From the NCBI GenBank assembly GCA_964035545.1, contig OZ037768.1, positions 17,901,700 through 17,965,699 on the forward strand: DNA of 64,000 nucleotides, in the 5' to 3' direction. The position numbers and the translations under genes are program-made. A model generated the notes under the pieces. The model saw nothing but the letters and a program-made list of their open reading frames with translations. It was not told the origin of the DNA and ran no database searches. Every line of letters starts with the position of its first letter. Within the stretch, counting starts at the first letter, position 1. The DNA comes from Bugula neritina. Lineage: Eukaryota; Animalia; Bryozoa. This document shows positions 49,286 through 63,000 of the stretch, piece after piece.

Positions 49286-50470
49286 CTAAAGGCTGTTAAA
49301 TCTTATTTCACACCAAACAGTTGTCAGTATTCTTTATACTGAAACACCAGCTATTCACTTACATCCATTTGAATCTATAGCATATAATATGTTTTTATTA
49401 CTGTAATTGCACATATGTATACCTGTATATATATATATATTTTTATTACCACATAATTTCTATGTATATTATATCACAGAGATAAAAACTACAGTTGTTA
49501 GCGACTTGAATATATTGCAAGTTGAATTTCCAGTGTCTCCTTATTTTTTAGGCAAAGCCTTGTTTAATTATTTAATTCTTTAGCACATGTATAGCAGAAA
49601 TAATTTTATCGCAATAAATTATTGGTATTAATAAATATTACTAATACTACTATTCATTTAATAGCATTCTAATTGAAATAATGTTGTGATATAATTTTTA
49701 AAACTTAATTTTGGTATCGCAGGGTTAATAGGTGAAGCTTTTCTAGCTACCTGCAAATGAAAACACTGGTTTGTCAGTAACGTAATAAAGTCACTTTTAG
49801 TGTATCAGATATTAGCCACACAACTTAGTGGCAGCTTAATAAAATCACAACAGCTGAAAAACTCATGGAAATAATTAAAACATTTAAATAAAGCTCTGCC
49901 TTTTTCACAAACTATATCAAAAACCAAATACATCTATTTCATAATTATTATATAGCTGATATGTAAAATTGATGTAACACTAATATGCAAACTGATTACA
50001 TAGCAGTAGTGTTTGTTTGAACTGACCAAATGTGCAGGTTGTATGTCCATTTGCTGACCATTTTGTTAGCATTTAACTCACTGGTTCCAACTAATAGGGT
50101 GGTAGTCTTTTATAGTTTACTGCCTACCAAGGGTAACTTGAAATGCCTGCATGTAGGCCTGCATGTAGTTCTTTTTAATTGAGTGAGGTATGCTAGGTTT
50201 TTTGGTCAATAATTGATAGTAATTATGTGATTGAATGCTTCAATGTGCATATATTTCTTTGTTTCTCAATCAGAGAGTGAAAACATTGAAAAAACATAAA
50301 TGCAAATTCACGAAATATATTTATCAAGCTGAACACATATTGAGTCATGCAATACTACCAGAGTAATAAGGGAAGACAACTTATAGAAAAATAATCTTTT
50401 ACCATTCTAATGCACGAAGCTATTAGTAGCAGAATGTTTCATCAATAAACCTCTTTAGTTTAAAAATATT

Positions 50471-50520
50471 GCGTGTGTGTGTGTGTGTGTGCGTGTGCGT
50501 GTGTGCGTGTTCGTGTGTGT
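50471..50520. repeat. (GT)n/(GCGT) microsatellite
   Basis: Directly visible. Confidence 0.95.
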
Positions 50521-51035
50521 TGAATAAACAGCCTATTAAAAGTTTTTAGTTATAGTTACACAGTGCAGTTATTAAGAAAGATTGAGCAGCACAGAGTAAT
50601 GCAAGTAAATGTAAACATGTTCTGATCCTGGTTGCTAACAAACTGCACCCATTTTACATCAGTTTTTGATATTTTAGCAGACCCATACCAAAAGGATTCA
50701 GTGAATTACTAAAAAATAACCATTTCCACGTTTGATCAACTATAATTGAAATGTTTGCAAATTTACTTCTACATTCATAGTAAAACCTCAGACCATATAT
50801 AAAAATATCCTTTACTGAATGATTAATTTCAAAGACTGCCAACGGTATTGTGATTGAAATCGCTGTATTGGGTAGAAATTATAGGTGTAGATTACATGTC
50901 GGTTAAAAGAGGCTACATGTACATTAAGTTATACTGTCTATTTTCTATACAGCACAATTTAAAATAGAAATCTTTAAATAGAATAGAAATAAAATAAGCA
51001 TACTATAAATTATATCAATCATAGTGACAGAAAAT

Positions 51036-53152
51036 TCAAAGTTTTTTCAATTTAATGCTTGGACTACCATGTGCATCATTATCCTCATTGTTGGTAACTG
51101 AGTCGGTTTGTGTTGAAGAAGAAGGTTGCGCAATGTTTAAATGGGTTGAGAAGTCCACAACGCGATGCTGTGACTCAATCTGGTTTGCAAGAAATTCATC
51201 ATCAGAAGAAGATGAAGAAGAACTTGATCTAAGAAGGTTTAGTCTATTGCCTCCTGTTCTTACAGACTGCAATACATACAAATACTCCATTACTCATCTG
51301 ACATCACATGATGAGGACGAGGCTATAATAGACCCTTTTCAGAGATCCCCAATATCCGCCCTTAAAATTAAAAGTTGTGGTCTCTCAAAATGAGATGTGT
51401 TGAGCAAAATAGACTTGAACTCAGTTCTGCGGCTTTGGTTACTGCTGAAGTCTCACTTCAGCATTGCTTAGTAAGCAAAACCACAAAAATGCTTTCAAGT
51501 CTATTTCCCTCAAAATTATCCATGAAGAAATATTTTTAAAAACATTTTTGAACTGCTAACCTGTGTGCTTATACCAAAATATATATCCGATATCTCTTGA
51601 AATAACAATTCTATATAGCATAATAAGAATTTTAAGTAGCAGCCAAACTTTAATTTTTTAATGAGTTTGCTCTTTATACAAAGGTTCAATCTATTAATTT
51701 TACTTTGTACTTTGTAACTTTTAATTTTAAAGGGGGACATCAGGGACTTCTGAAAAAGGTCTATTAATTACATAAGTAATGATAACGAAAAAAACTCTTG
51801 TTTTTATTTAAGAGCTTTGTCAAACAGTTAATTGGATAAGTTACTACCAAATACCATAAAATTATGCTAGTGTTTCCACAAAATGGAATGCAGCTTGAAT
51901 TTCAAACCATAATGATTATATTTGAAAAAAAACAGACTTATAGTTGTTAAGCAACATTAAGCTAATGTCCTAGCATTACACAATTCATGGAGTTTGTAAT
52001 AGCAATATATTCGATGCTTATTACTTTCAGCCTATAAAATACTTAGAATAAGATATAAGCAAATGCAATATGTTTTGCTTATCAGCATGAAATAAAACCT
52101 GCAGCATGTAGTCAGCTTTAAATGTATAAAAGAGAGAGCACCATATATACACAGCACAGCACACACACTGAATATGTCTCTAACCTCGAGGAAATTCTCA
52201 ACTTTTTGAATATACATCTGAGAATATTGGAATTTCTTTAGCACTGCTATAAAACGAAAGCTAAGTTTATTAAGCCGATCCTCGTCAGTAGAGATGTGAC
52301 AGTCATGATAGTGCTTCAATATTAAACCATAAGCTTTACTGTAAAACTCTAAGGCAGTCTTTTCACACCTTGATCTCTTATCATTGTCTACAGAAACAAA
52401 TCTAACTTGTATACGAAAACAATTGATTGTTGTTCGAAGGCTAAAATATTGTGCACTACATAAACTAATGAACCCTCTTACTTGGAGTTTGTGACCAAAA
52501 GCTTACTCGATTGGCTAATACAATACAAAAGGTTACTCGATTGGCTAGTACAATACATAATATTACTTGATTGGCTAGTAAAATACATAAGCTTACTTTC
52601 TTCGCTAGTACAATACTGACAGAGTTCACAGCTGTCAGCATAGTCTACGTAAGCTCGGAATAGTTCAAACTTGTTGTTGAGAGGAGAGAGTTCCAGAATA
52701 TAAACTGCTCGTTTACAAAAGTTAACGGAATCATTAGCATATTTTTCTGATAACTGACTGTTGTCTTCATTTATCCTAAAGTCAAAACAATGCTGGTTTA
52801 CATAGATACATGTACACAACACCTGCTAAAGTACTAGATAAATATTCTGTTCTATTACTACCACAATGTCCCTCCCTATTTTATAATCTTCACTTGATCT
52901 ATTAACTGAAGCCAAATGCAAATATACATAAATTCAAGTAGTTTTTCTTACTTGGTGATTGCCCAGTTGCGCATCAGTGTTGCATGTTCAACAAAATTAG
53001 TAGCTGCCATAGCACTATGTGCCATCCCACTTTTCTCGTATTCAATATCTAGTTTATAACGTAATCGTTCCGCTTTTCCATACTTAGTATCTTTTTCTGC
53101 ATCATTCAAGTTTCCTTCACAAGCCCTAAATGTTGCTTTTTTACATTGAATT
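51036..53152 (-). CDS. Extra four-exon C-terminal cassette of the STAND genes (no own 5' exons); probable alternative 3' end of paralog 2
   Basis: Exons 53152-52952 (201 nt), 52775-52597 (179), 52387-52185 (203), 51266-51036 (stop TGA). All are open with canonical GT-AG, and homologous to exons 11-14 of both paralogs (ATFRACEGN..EHATLMR; KFELFRAYVDYADS; KAYGLILKHYHDCHIS). Confidence 0.8.
51329..51763. mobile_element. MITE family B copy with TAG...CTA termini
   Basis: TAGACCCTTTTCAGAGATCCCCAATATCC ... GGGGGACATCAGGGACTTCTGAAAAAGGTCTA; second copy at 40315. Confidence 0.8.
52500..52617 (-). repeat. 30-bp tandem repeat x4 spanning an exon/intron boundary
   Basis: Minus strand: gtattgtactagcgaagaaagtaagcttat / gtattttactagccaatcaagtaatattat / gtattgtactagccaatcgagtaacctttt / gtattgtattagccaatcgagtaagctttt. 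Confidence 0.9.
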
Positions 53153-54016
53153 CTAAAAGCAAAATAATATAACTTATATTTTCACAACTTTAATAGAATC
53201 AAAGTTATACCTGTGGAATATAATTAACCATCATACATTGGTGGGCCTCAAAAATTAAGCAAAACCTCTCAGAATTACAAACTAATGCTTTGTATATACC
53301 GGTACCGGTATGTCGTTGAGAACAGAAAAATCCTTTAACTCTTTCGTGATTATCAGACAAAATAAGCCCCAGTGCATATAAAACTAACAAAAACAAGTGA
53401 ACATACGTGAGTAAATATGGGTGAGTATTGGCATAAATATTTGCTTAATGGTCTGCTAATTAAGTGCAAAAATACCAATATATTTTATTCGTGATTATTC
53501 ACTGTATTTTATCCTTAAAGTGCTAAAATAAAAAGATTGCACAACACAACACAAACATATTTTGGAATATCAGAAATCAAAATTTTTTTCAATCATTTTA
53601 TGTTTATTCAAATAGACATAACATGAATAAACATACTCGTAGAAACATTGCATATATCAGAAGTAATACTATCAATATATTTTATCTATTGTTGTTAACT
53701 GTATTTAATTATTTGGGCACTAAAATAAAAAAAATATATATATACAGCCTAACATAAAAATGTTTTATAATATCAGAAATAAAAAAACATTTAGGTCATG
53801 TATATGAAGTATGTGCACTAAAGTATATAATACAGTATATGCATATAGCTAAAATGTAGCTGTCTAAAAGTCGTATGCTTTGTATGCACTATTAAGAAAG
53901 TCTGATGAGTAAAGAAAATAATGATGTGTCGGTTATAAATATTGTTCAAAGTCATTATCAAGCAACTGCCCAATACAGAAGATAGTTCTAATAAGTGTAT
54001 GTATACAGTATCAGTT

Positions 54017-57000
54017 TCAGCTCTTTTTCCTCTTCTTGTTGAAACCTTGGTATTCTTCATTATCGACAGCTTTTGTTTCTGTTTGCTCACCGTGCATTAC
54101 AACAGGAGAAGTGTGTCCAAGATGCAAATCATCCAATGAGCCAGACACATCTGTGGTGGACTGTTGACCTTGTTCATCATCCATTACTATATCATCATTA
54201 TCAGAAGAAGAGCTGGAATTGGTTTCATAATCAGAACAGGTAATGTTAAAACCTCCTCTGCTATCATGCACATCCTACAATAATTGTCATACTTGTAAAC
54301 GGCATGTCCCAAGAATTCTAGAGAATAACTTCTCTAATTTAGTAGTATTGTTTGAAATTTTAATCTAAATCATTTGTTCAACACTGACAATGAGCAAATA
54401 ACATCACATTTCTCTGTTTTTTATATGCATGTGATTACTTACATGTATTTATGGCTAATAGTCTAATCAAATATTTACATAAAATGCATTTAATGAAAAT
54501 CTGAAAACTAGTTTAACTAAAATCAACTGTGCAAATAATGTCATCACTACAGATGAAAAAAATTGTGATTACATAACACTCTTGAATTATGCTGAACCAA
54601 ATAAAATTATTCAACATTAGAGTTAGTTGTGAGAAACCATGTTCTGTTCACAGAACAGCAGTAACTTTGAGAAACATACTATTGGTCCAAAAATTGCTGG
54701 TTTCAAATTAGTATTAGGTCTGAAATCTAAGAATGAAATATTACATTTGGTAAACTTTGCAGAACAAAATATAAACAACTTCAAAACTAAAAGGGCAGAG
54801 CTACTATACAACAATAACAACTTGTAAATTTTAACCTCCAAGTTTCTCCGAACTTTGTCAATGTACATGGAGGGTACGACATGGAGTTCCAAAACTTTTA
54901 CATAGCGGGTCTTGAGCCTTTTAAATCGTTTTTCACTGGCAGAAATGTTGCAGGCATGAAAATTCTTCATTAAAAGTTTATATGCCTTTTCATAGAACTT
55001 TATGGCAAAAGTTTGATGTTCTACTCTTTCCACTTCACCTAAAACATTGAAATCATAAGCATGCAACCAGACTTCATTTAAACTACCCAAGCAAAATCTT
55101 AACATTAATAGTTAACTCATACAGCTCAGACACCCTTTGCCGTAACGTCAACGGTACCGTCAAATGTCAGCCATTTTTAAAAATGTCCGGGCTGATCAAA
55201 CACTGCTTGATTAAAACAATAACGTCGGGCTCCTATTGGACAGGGAGACATTCGTGTCAACTCCATGGATATAAATGTCCAATGAGGTGCCATAAATCTT
55301 ACCCAATAGTGGAATTCGAGAACTTTAGCCCGGATGTTTTAAAAATGGCTGATATTTGACCTTACGGTCGATGTTACGACAAAGTGTGCCTGAGCTGTTG
55401 GTCTAGATTCCAGAATAACTTAAGAAAACAGTGAACACATACTTGACTTATCCAACACCGACTGACGGATCTCATGGGTGTCGGCAATGTCAACATAAGC
55501 ATAGAAAAGGTTTTGCTTGTTGTAGAGCGATGACACTTCCAATATACGCAAAGCTCTTTTAGACATATCTAAGGACTCCTTTAAATACTGTAAGGCAGTG
55601 CTTTTCAAGCCTTTTTTATTGCTACAAAATTGAATTATAGGCATTGTTGAAACTTGAAATAGTGCAAGCAATCTTTCTTTTACATCTGTCAACTAACACT
55701 TCATAAACAGAAGCTGTTCATTAAAAATAGTTCATTATCATTAAAAATAGTTGCTTGCTTTAATAATTTTTAATATCAAAATTAAGCATTCTCAACAACA
55801 CAATAAACTGTTAAACTTATACTGTAGCTTCTTCATGTGGTGAATGTGCCCAACAACTTTTATCGCGATGGTAACTCTAGGCAGCCGATGGTAACCCTAG
55901 GCAGCCGCACACTAATAATGCAAGTATCCTTATTTCTTAGCACCACAACTATTCTAATGTGAAGTTGCTACAAAATCATTTTTCTTGCCCATTATAAAAT
56001 CTATCAGTGCCGACAAAAACTGAGTGTTGTGTTCATAAAATGATTAGATTGCAAATAAAACTTAACAAAAGAGTAAATGCTTGGAATACTTACACTGTAA
56101 TGCCCCAGCTACGAAACAACATAGCATGGTTTTGGAAATTAGTTGCAGCTGTAATTGTCATGCTCATTTCCATTTGCTTATACCGCTCTGTTACTTGAGC
56201 ACGATACCAGTTCGCTTCCTGATACGACATGATGCGTTTTTCAATATCTTTAAAACAGTTTCCTTCCACAGCTTTGAAAGTAGCCAATTTATATAAAACT
56301 CTGAAATTTCAGGAACATGTCTGACTTGCAGTTTATGCACAAATGGTTCAGCAAGCACTCTTTTTTAATCTCTAAAAGTGCTTGCACTTTCTGCTAACTG
56401 AAATTGTTGCCATTTGTGCTTCAATATGTGACTTATACACCCTTCAAGCATGTTTACTTTGAAAATAACAGCTATAACTGTTAAAGCTACTTTGAGTATA
56501 GACTCATTTCAAATGGATAAAACATTTGCTATAAACTATTTAAAAGCAACCAAATAAAAGTAATGAAAGCACCTATGTCTAATCCACATCAGCACCTGAA
56601 TTCTAAAAATGTGTATTCCTAAGATTGCCAGTGTAAAACAGTGTTGAATGATGAAAAAAATCTCTACTTGAAACTTCATCTCTTCGAACTTAATTTACCA
56701 ACCCATAAATACTAATTATTTTGATTATCAATAGTTACAGGGGTCTGAATTGCTGATTACCATATTTCTATTTTAGAGGTTTTTTTACATTTGATTTTCA
56801 ATTTTAGAATATTTTGGTGAGATAAATAAATCTAATTTTTTTTAATATTTTGCTTCCTAGTTTTGAAAACTTTGATTATCAAAATCTACTAATATGCTTT
56901 GCTATAACATAATTCTTATCGTAGTAAAAGCCTTTATAAATAAGATAAATTATTCGAAACCGACAACTGAAGGCTAGAATAACTTAACAAAGCAATAGTG

Positions 57001-60000
57001 CAATACCATCACTACGTTTCCATGACTTATGCGAATGGATGCTTGTACAGATTAATTTGTAGTTGTCATTTTATTCAATGCAACTGTTTCCAAACATCAG
57101 ATAAAAATCCATTCGAATAATTCCGATGAAAATGTAGTGCATGTCCGAATGCAATTAATTTTTGCTAAAATACAATACTGTAACACTCTGCGTTAATATT
57201 ATTTTTATATACACAGCTTTCAATCTAAATAAAACTAGTATAATAGGAAAACTAAATACTCACAATGGCTGCAGTATAGCTATGTTCAGATCTTTTGTTT
57301 CTGCCGATTCTACATATTTGCGAGCTCTTCTGCAGAGTGCAAGACTTTCTAAAATTGTGCCCATATCACCGGGGTTTCCAAAGTAAGTGCTGTCTGCTTG
57401 CAAAAGCACGATGTGAACAGAAAAATAGTATCGGACCCCTAGCCATTCAGAAGACAATTTGGCCAATTCAAGTGAATTTAAGGCATTTCCTAATGCCTTG
57501 TTTCGCTGTTCTATCAGTTTTGTATCTCGAGAGTTTTTTGTTGAAGATGATAATGTAAGTAATGCACCAGATGCGTAACTGTAAATAGCCTTGCCAAAAC
57601 TGTATAAATCAAAAAATCTGCTAAGAGACTTGGGCTCCTTTAGCTCTTGTTTATCAGTGAGAAAATCCTTAAGTTCGCCCCACATTTTCTCAGCAGTGAG
57701 TAGAATAATATACAAATACCACAGAAGTGATTTACTCACAGGCTCACATTTCTGGTTGAAGGCAGCTTCTTCGATTGTGCTTATTAGCCAGTTGTCAAAG
57801 CGGTCATGAAAGTAATGAAAAAAGAGAAAAATGTGACATATTTCACTGGGCGTCTTTAAAACCGGATTGCCGTCTCCGGTGGAAAATAATAGCTGAAAGC
57901 CTTCTGGCTCTTGAGACATGTACATCAGAGCATTCTTCACATGAGGTTTGATACGCATAAACTGGGTACTGAGAGATTTTAAATTGTAGGCTATTGTTTG
58001 TTGAGGTCTACATAGCACGAAAAAATTTCTACCAGTTGACACCATCTCTTTGACAAAATACATGATATATCTTCGCCTGAACTAAAACATAAAGAAACAT
58101 TTTTTGTTATCAAAATTGCCTAAATATTTGGAAGAATTATAGTGCAAATGCCTTTTATGAAGTTAAAGAAAAAGTTATTCAATCTATGTTGGCATGTACT
58201 AAGCTGATAGAATAGTAAATAAAAGTGAAGTGCAATAAACTGTGTAAGTGAGCTTATAAAGTATGACTGAACTGCTACTGAATATGCTTGGACTTGTGAT
58301 CTATGACCTCAAGCACTAAAATATTATGATCAGACAGATTTAATTAAAATTTGTACACGCCTTGCAGTACTCACGTACAGCAATATTGTTTCAGTTGTTA
58401 TAAAAGGAAAAATTTTAAAGAGGGTTGCAAGTGGGAATAGTAGAAAAGGTTATGGTCTAGATACATATAAATTAGTGTGCATACCAAAACACACTCGCTA
58501 TAGTACGGAGAGCCTTGATCTTCTAAACAACTGTCCATTTTCATCCTGAGAAACTCTAAAACTAGAGGATGATGAGCGTTGACATCTGTGTACTTCTCCT
58601 TTTTTTCTTTTATAGAAGAGGTATGAAATTTCAACCAGAATTGATCAAGAAACTGCCTTTTTATATCTTCAAAAAACTGAGTTCGTGGTTCACTTAAATT
58701 CAAAACCTAAAATTAACAAAAATCAAACGTAATATTCTACACGTCAAACATTTTTGATTTTCATTGAAACTATACCCAATGATGAACATGTTAGTTTCAT
58801 ATTTACTGAACACATTTTTTAATTATTTTCCTTTACAACACTTTTCCATAATTTGTATACACCCAAATTTTTTACAAAACTGGGAATATTCTTTACCTTT
58901 TATGATTGAAATTGATTTTATTTCATTTAATGAACAACATAAAAACGCAAATGCAACAATTTTTAATTCATGGCTCTTGGGGAAAAAAGGCCATGGAGCA
59001 ACACAAAAGAAATAGAGAAATGTACGAAGCCTCACATCATAAAGAGCACTGAGCTGTGCATCTCTGCCAAATAGGGAGAAAGCCAACAAAATCAGATGCT
59101 GTCTCTTTGACAGTTTTTCAAATGCTCTCTGAAGTCCCTCCTTGACGAGGCACTTGACATGTTCAACATCGTCAATAGTTAGACCAGTATTCTCAGCAGT
59201 GACTGAGTAGTCCATATCTGCTGCTTCGCCAACCAGTTTCAGCAGAAAAGGATGTCCATCACACAGCTTCAATATCTCTTCTTTTTTGGTGTAGCCAAAA
59301 GAACTCTAGAGATAAAATTACATAACTGCAATACATTGAATATACTGAAAGATAGAACTGAAAAGAGATATTTGCTGCTACAGCCTTACCCCCCCCCCCT
59401 CCTTCCCTAGACACACTTTGCCGGTACATAGGCCGCGTAACATAAAATGCCAGCCATTTTTAATGTGTTCAAGATGAAGTTCTCAAAGTCCCTTATTGGG
59501 TACAACCTATGACATCACATTGGACATTTAAAATTTATATCAAATGAGTTAACTCGAATGTTTCCTTGTCCAATAGGAGCTCGATGCAACTTTTTTCAAT
59601 CAAGCAGTGTTTGATCCTGACGTACCGTAACATCATAGGGGAAGCGCAGACATTTTTAAAAATGGCTGACACTTGCTTTTACGGCCTACGTCACAGCAAA
59701 GTGTGTCTAGACCTTAGACCCCAAGGGGATATTCTTACAAAGGAAGCTCCGAGAAGTTCCTTAGCAGCCTCGTTGTTTAGCCTTTCCAGGTGAATATCTT
59801 TAGAGTAGCTATTCATTTGTGACTTAATATCCTTCACATCTTCCCCTTCAGTTTTCTCAGTGGTCATTTGAAAATAACTCTGACTGGTAACTATAATCTT
59901 CAGCTACAACACATGCAGTGACTTAGTAAATTAGAATTAGTTTCACCATCTTCTCTCAACAACATCCATAGATGTGCATAGCTCTGCCAAAACATCAAGT

Positions 60001-63000
60001 GTTAAATAAATTTATTCACAAACAGATAGTAAATTGGAGTTTACAGTGCAGAACGCGAACATACCAAAGAAAATACACATTCTATAAACATACAGATAAC
60101 TAGTCAAGAGGTATCTTTACCAGCTAGTAACTTCATTAAAAGCAAATAAACAAGAAATGTCTTTTGTTTACGACTTTATTTACCTAAATACATAAATTTA
60201 AAATTTCTAGCTTTTAAATTTTATAGAATTAACCCTGGAGATGGCTACAGTGGTATCCGAAATATAAGTTTACTTTATGTATTTCAGTAAATAAAACAGC
60301 AAAAATTTTTTTCTTGTGTATCTATTTTTAGAGAAGTATTGTATTATTATAAATATACTCATTAGCCATTTGTTTCAGCCTTCTTTATAATATCCATCCA
60401 GTTTTTCCCAATTCATAAGTTACTGGCAAAATTTTTTTGTTGAGCCAAGTTTTGGACATTATTTTGTAAATTAATAAATTATTAGCAGCTTCAATAAAAG
60501 CTACCCTATATGTGAGAAAGCACACTTTGAAATGTTTATACATTCGTGATGTTTTTAATGTTTCAACATACCTGTACTACTACAGAATATAAACAGAAAG
60601 CAGTTTTTTGAAAATTTTGATAATTATAATGCTTCAACATACCTGTATTTTCTGTTGTTGTGCTGTTATTATGAAGTTGTGTAAAAACTCTAAGGCTTGC
60701 TCTCTGTTAGCAGAAGACATCAAATCAGAAAAGTCGTCAATGAAAATCACGTAACGCTCTAAATAATTCATTACATTTGTGGAAATAATTGTAACACTTG
60801 AAATAAATGATAAACTATGTAGTAGAAAATTAAAGAAAAGAGTTACTTTTTTCATATAATGCATTGACTTCTTTCATTCTAAGCATTGACTAAATTAACA
60901 CCAAGAGGTAACACTTGAAAGATAGGTTCTAGTATATCATGCGCATGTGCTGCAACAACACTGCTGTACCTAATTTAATATTACAAACTTCATATATTTG
61001 AAAAACTGCTTTAGTCCAACATGGGGCGTCAGCTTTGAACCCTTATGCCTTATGGTACCAGAATTTACATGTACTTGGGAAAATGTTTAACCATTGAAAC
61101 CAATAATAAAGTATACAATAGAAGAGTTTTCAGTACTATAGTGATAAAGTTATGTTTACAGCTTTTTATATGTCTGAAAAGCTCAGTATGCTACCAGGTA
61201 TCACACAAACACATGAAGATGAACAGTAATGTGAGTGCAGCAGATCTAACTTCTCCCTTACACAAACAAAGCTCCTGCTACAGACACTGAATATAATATC
61301 ATGTCTATCAGTAACCAATGAATAATAACTAGAAACTAGTTTAAACATTTTTAAACTAGTTCTATAATGAAAAGCTATACTAGCATCTATCACTTTATTT
61401 GGCTTTAATTGAAATATTAAAAAAAAATATTTCAAATGTTGGCATACAAAACGGAATGGCAACAGTTGTGGTTATTTATAAAACTATCATTGAAACAAGA
61501 TTATGGTCCTTTGTTATCAAAAAAAAATTCCCTCCAAAACAGAAAATTTTATTATTTGAATGCTGCCATTATTTTAATGGAATTTGTTTGCAATAATTAA
61601 ATTATTACAATATATTTTTCTAATTACCTTTAAATCTTGTTAAATACAGAAGGAAAGTTCCTATCATATTACTTTCAGTGCCCTGTGGTGGACAGCCTAT
61701 ACAATCAAGGAGACTGGCAGCTAAATCTGAAAGATTGGTCATACCCCTGCAATCAGTATACATTCTTAGTGACTACAGGCAGAAATGTGGAAGACTTGAA
61801 CGAACATCAAATCAACATGAATGTATGTATATAATACGTGTATAAACTAACTTGGCATCCACATATATCGGCACCAGATGCTCATCAAGATATCTTGAGC
61901 CAAAGTGTTTCAGAAGAAAGCTTTTCCCAACACCAGTCATTCCACAAATGTTGATTACTAAAATTTTAGCATGAGTGTTTTAGCAGCCGTGGTCTAAGGG
62001 TTAGAGGTCAGGGGTTTGATTACATAATTTTTACAAAATTTGGTGGGGATTATTGAAACAATGCTGTATATTACCACTGGTGCTTGGACTTAAACCACTG
62101 ACCTTGTATTTACTAGGCCAGCACTCTAACCACTACACCATGGCTGCTCCCTTCTAGGTGACATAAAAAATTTACTTGCCTTAAACGTCACTAATATTTA
62201 CTTAAGTTTTCGGTCAAGTAGACTTGAATATCACCAAAACATTTTTGCATGAGTCACAACTCCAATTGGTCTGCTCTTAATGTGATTTAACTTGCAGCAA
62301 GTTTAGTTCAGCTATGATATATGTCACCCACTAATTTTATGTCAATTAAAACAAACACTTACATTTGAAATCTTGTTTTTTCTGAAAATTCACTAGCTTT
62401 TTCAATTCATCTAGCTCTTGTTGTCGTCCATAGATTTGCTCATTTTTCCGGCAGAAATATTGATCATTCTTAGCAGAAATCTGTACCAAATAACTCATTT
62501 TGTCTCTTACCTGAAGTAACATGCAAAAAATACTCTAAAAACATTTCAAAAACAATCAAAAGTCAGTCCACAGTAGCTAAATAATACGTTAGACGATAAT
62601 TAAAATATTAGTAAAAATAAAATACCAATCTTATTCTTTGTACCGTACAATGGCACTTACTTCAGGTTGAAGGTCGTGAATAACTTTGGGAATAAACTCA
62701 TGCAAGACTTGAACTACTCTTTGGATGTCATCGTTGTAGAGCTTTAAAAGTACTTGAAAGACGTCTTCCCATTTTTCTTGAGAAATCAGCTCAGTATAGT
62801 GGTCTTGGGCCATGGAGAGTCTAAGACACTCAGTTTGAAATTCTTCTACAGCTTTTGAATGCATTTCTATAAAATATTTAATACAATGTAAGCATTAGTG
62901 TCACAAAATGATTGGGCTTCACATTAAAATAAAGACTTAATATAATAGAAATAGTCTAAATTCATCAATGTATATTCCACGGAAGTTAATGAAAGCAGTT

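Noticed and set aside
60558-60590. Microexon formed by a duplicated donor (tacag|gtatgttg) in paralog 2
   Set aside because: Possible exon sizes (5 or 8 nt) break the frame; looks like a short local duplication.
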